From Microcoleaceae cyanobacterium (lineage in GTDB: Bacteria; Cyanobacteriota; Cyanobacteriia; Cyanobacteriales; Microcoleaceae): a stretch of 64,000 bases of DNA. Shown here one piece after another: positions 61,822 through 64,000 of the stretch. Location: NCBI GenBank assembly GCA_049647265.1, contig JBARXJ010000015.1, forward strand, positions 1 to 64,000. The letters run 5' to 3'. The notes beneath the pieces are model-generated. The model did not search any database, was not told the origin of the DNA, and worked only from the letters and a program-made list of their open reading frames with translations. The number at the start of each line of letters is the position of its first letter. Positions within the stretch are counted from its first letter, which is position 1. A program made the translations under genes and the position numbers.

Positions 61822-63390
61822 GAAATAATTACTCGCTTGTCTTGACTATTTTGGGGGATTTTAGTTTTTATACCTAGTCTTTATGTTAATAGATCTTCAC
61901 CTCAATCAGCTACTGAGGCTTGACATACTCCCGACGCTGAATCACAGATTACAGCGCGGGATTCTCACGCATTTGTGATTCTTGATTCAGCGACACCACT
62001 TACTGTTTCAAGTTGCCCATCTACAGCAGAGGTAGTAGTCTCCTCAAGCGTTCCCGATACATCGGAGGTTCCTGAATGCCCTTCAGTACCTTTTATTTCA
62101 TTCCACTCAGTTCCTAGAATGTTTAAGCCCTTCTTTAAGATGTTCAATGCTGCATTCGTATCCCGACAGATTTCTGTCTTACACTGAGGACAGCGATGAG
62201 TTCTAGTAGAAAGTGATTTTTTCACTCGATGACCACAATTTGAGCAATCTTGAGAAGTGTAGTTAGGGGCAACAGCTATCACTGTCTTGTCCCAAACTTT
62301 CCCAAAATAGTCTAACCATTGAGTGAATTGATACCACGAAGCGTCACAAATAGACTTTGCGAGGCTATGATTCTTGACCATGTTTTGTATCTTCAGGTCT
62401 TCATACACCACGACATCGTTAGATGCCACTACGCACCGAGCTAACTTAACTGCCCAGTCTTTACGTTGGCGTTGAACCTTCAAATGAGCTTTTGAGAGTC
62501 TAATTCTGGCTTTGTGGTAGTTATTTGATTGGGGTTTGGCTCCCCTGATAAACTTTCTCGATAGTCGCCGTTGTAGCTTCTTAATTCGCTTTTCAGCCCG
62601 TCTTAAATACTTAGGATATATAGCTACATTGTCGTTTTGGTCTTTATAGAAATACTTCAGACCTAAATCAATACCTACTACATTTCCTGTATAATTTCCC
62701 ATTTCTTTGCGAGTGGCATCGAAACAGAATTGAGCATAATAACCATCGGCTCGTCTCACCACTCTGACTCGATTAATTTTAAGTCTGAATAAGTCCTCTC
62801 TAGTCTGATGATTACAGAATAAAGAGAATTTACCCGCCTTGAATCCATCGGTGAAGTTAATAGTTAAACAGTCCTCTGACAGTTTCCAACCTGAGGTTTT
62901 ATACTCAACCGAACGAGAATGCTTTTTGAACTGAGGATAACCTTTCTGTTTGACTCCTTCTCTACAACGACGATAGAAGCTAGAGATAGAATTCCAAGCT
63001 CTTTCTGCCGATGCTTGACGTGCCATTGAGTTTAGTTTCTTAGCGAAAGCAAACTCACGGGCTAGTTCTTTGCACAGCAGGGATAGACGAGCCTTATTTA
63101 CATCTGACTCATTACGCCATAATCTAACTGCTTTATTTCTAATGAATTGAGCAGTCCTTATCGCTTCATCTAAGGCTTGATACTGTGCCGTAGACCCGTT
63201 TAATAGCTTGGCTTCTCTGACTATCATGCTTTTATTTTACCATGAACAAACTTGGATAAACGCAAATCCTGCATTCTTTGTTTGTTGGTCGCAATTCATG
63301 AGGCTGTTCTGTTGGCGGGTTCCCCGACATAAAGAAACTGCCATCTCAACACCAAACTAGCGTTATGGTGTGAGCCTTCTTGCTCCATTC
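61822..63390 (-). mobile_element. Solo-tnpB IS element (approximate bounds) with a putative omega-RNA/right-end hairpin just 3' of the tnpB stop
   Basis: GAATCAC...GTGATTC stem at about 61940-61990. No tnpA. HIP1-free. Confidence 0.4.
61965..63227 (-). CDS. tnpB: TnpB (IS200/IS605 OrfB) family protein, family 2 paralog
   Basis: C-terminal CSNCGHRVKKSLSTRTHRCPQCKTEICRDTNAALNI. The N-terminus is similar to the 34944..36158 copy (MIV.E.K...QYQALDEAIRTAQFIRN). Confidence 0.88.
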   Translation of the reverse strand: MIVREAKLLNGSTAQYQALDEAIRTAQFIRNKAVRLWRNESDVNKARLSLLCKELAREFAFAKKLNSMARQASAERAWNSISSFYRRCREGVKQKGYPQFKKHSRSVEYKTSGWKLSEDCLTINFTDGFKAGKFSLFCNHQTREDLFRLKINRVRVVRRADGYYAQFCFDATRKEMGNYTGNVVGIDLGLKYFYKDQNDNVAIYPKYLRRAEKRIKKLQRRLSRKFIRGAKPQSNNYHKARIRLSKAHLKVQRQRKDWAVKLARCVVASNDVVVYEDLKIQNMVKNHSLAKSICDASWYQFTQWLDYFGKVWDKTVIAVAPNYTSQDCSNCGHRVKKSLSTRTHRCPQCKTEICRDTNAALNILKKGLNILGTEWNEIKGTEGHSGTSDVSGTLEETTTSAVDGQLETVSGVAESRITNA

Positions 63391-63841
63391 AGGTAAATAA
63401 GGCTTGTAACTGAGACGGAAGGCAACGCATAATTTTACCGGTTTTACGATCAACAGGCACTAAAGTTACAGTAGCGGTGGCAAAAGTTTGTTGAGTATCA
63501 AGAGATTCTATTTTATACTCCCACTGAATCCGTAGCTTCGGCGGAGAAGAAATACGGCAGCAAACCCTGACATCCATTCCCATCGTTACAGACTGATGAT
63601 AGCGGATGGATAACTCCACCACGGGTAAATCACAACCCATTGCCACTAAGTCACGGTAATGCAGTCCAGCCAAGCGTAACCACTCGACTCGCGCCTCTTC
63701 CATCCAGTTAAGATAAGTCCCATGCCAGACCACCCCAGCATAATCAGTGTGATGAGGGAAAGCATGAACCGGGTAATATAGCCAGCCATCGGGGGTGAGA
63801 GTCGATGCAGAATGGCTTTGAGACGGTTGACTAGAAGACAC
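63389..63841 (-). CDS. Acyl-CoA thioesterase, hotdog fold (YbgC/4HBT-like)
   Basis: YHTDYAGVVWHGTYLNWMEEARVEWL is typical of 4HBT thioesterases. Confidence 0.7.
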   Translation of the reverse strand: MSSSQPSQSHSASTLTPDGWLYYPVHAFPHHTDYAGVVWHGTYLNWMEEARVEWLRLAGLHYRDLVAMGCDLPVVELSIRYHQSVTMGMDVRVCCRISSPPKLRIQWEYKIESLDTQQTFATATVTLVPVDRKTGKIMRCLPSQLQALFT

Positions 63842-64000
63842 GTTACTAATTGTTTTAAAACGCTACATTTCTACAAATTATCTGTCAGATATCCAGCTTA
63901 TGCTGAATACAAGAGACATTTTCAACCTTTTCGTCAGCTTATCACTGACACCTAACAAACGTCTATATAAATCGGATTGAATTAATTGAAGAAAGATGAT

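Overview
The window is a cyanobacterial chromosomal segment. The HIP1 octamer GCGATCGC occurs more than 40 times, and the gene content (ycf33, lrtA/hpf, glnB with an NtcA box, a PatA-type regulator, a group-3 sigma factor) suggests a filamentous, Oscillatoriales-like organism. Most of it is core or housekeeping: lgt, dapB, alaS, aroE, lipB, accA, folE, glnB, ilvB, def, hpf, tldD-like.

The main features are as follows.
(1) A ~2.2 kb AT-rich, HIP1-free islet lies between alaS and a LuxR-type response regulator. It carries an overlapping AAA_21 ATPase + RloB-family pair (AbiL/RloAB-like defence architecture) next to a solo DUF2283 gene. This is the best candidate for a horizontally acquired anti-phage system.
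(2) A complete chemotaxis-like type IV pilus motility locus (PatA-type RR, CheY, CheW, MCP, CheA-Hpt-REC hybrid; pilGHIJL/hmp-like) is transcribed divergently from a 580-aa coiled-coil HmpF-like gene.
(3) Three solo TnpB (IS200/IS605 OrfB) copies from two families are present, with no tnpA and no CRISPR array.
(4) An SPFH/DUF4339 (YdjI-like) gene sits beside a double-zinc-ribbon membrane protein (YdjG-like), downstream of a SigF-like sigma factor.
(5) A SemiSWEET, B12-radical-SAM and WecB/TagA trio is closely spaced.
(6) Smaller oddities: a GC-palindromic in-frame insertion inside alaS, perfect 63-bp intragenic repeats in a TPR-like gene, a C-terminal zinc-ribbon tail on IlvB, microsatellites, and terminator-like direct repeats at the window start.

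No rRNA, tRNA or CRISPR array was recognised.
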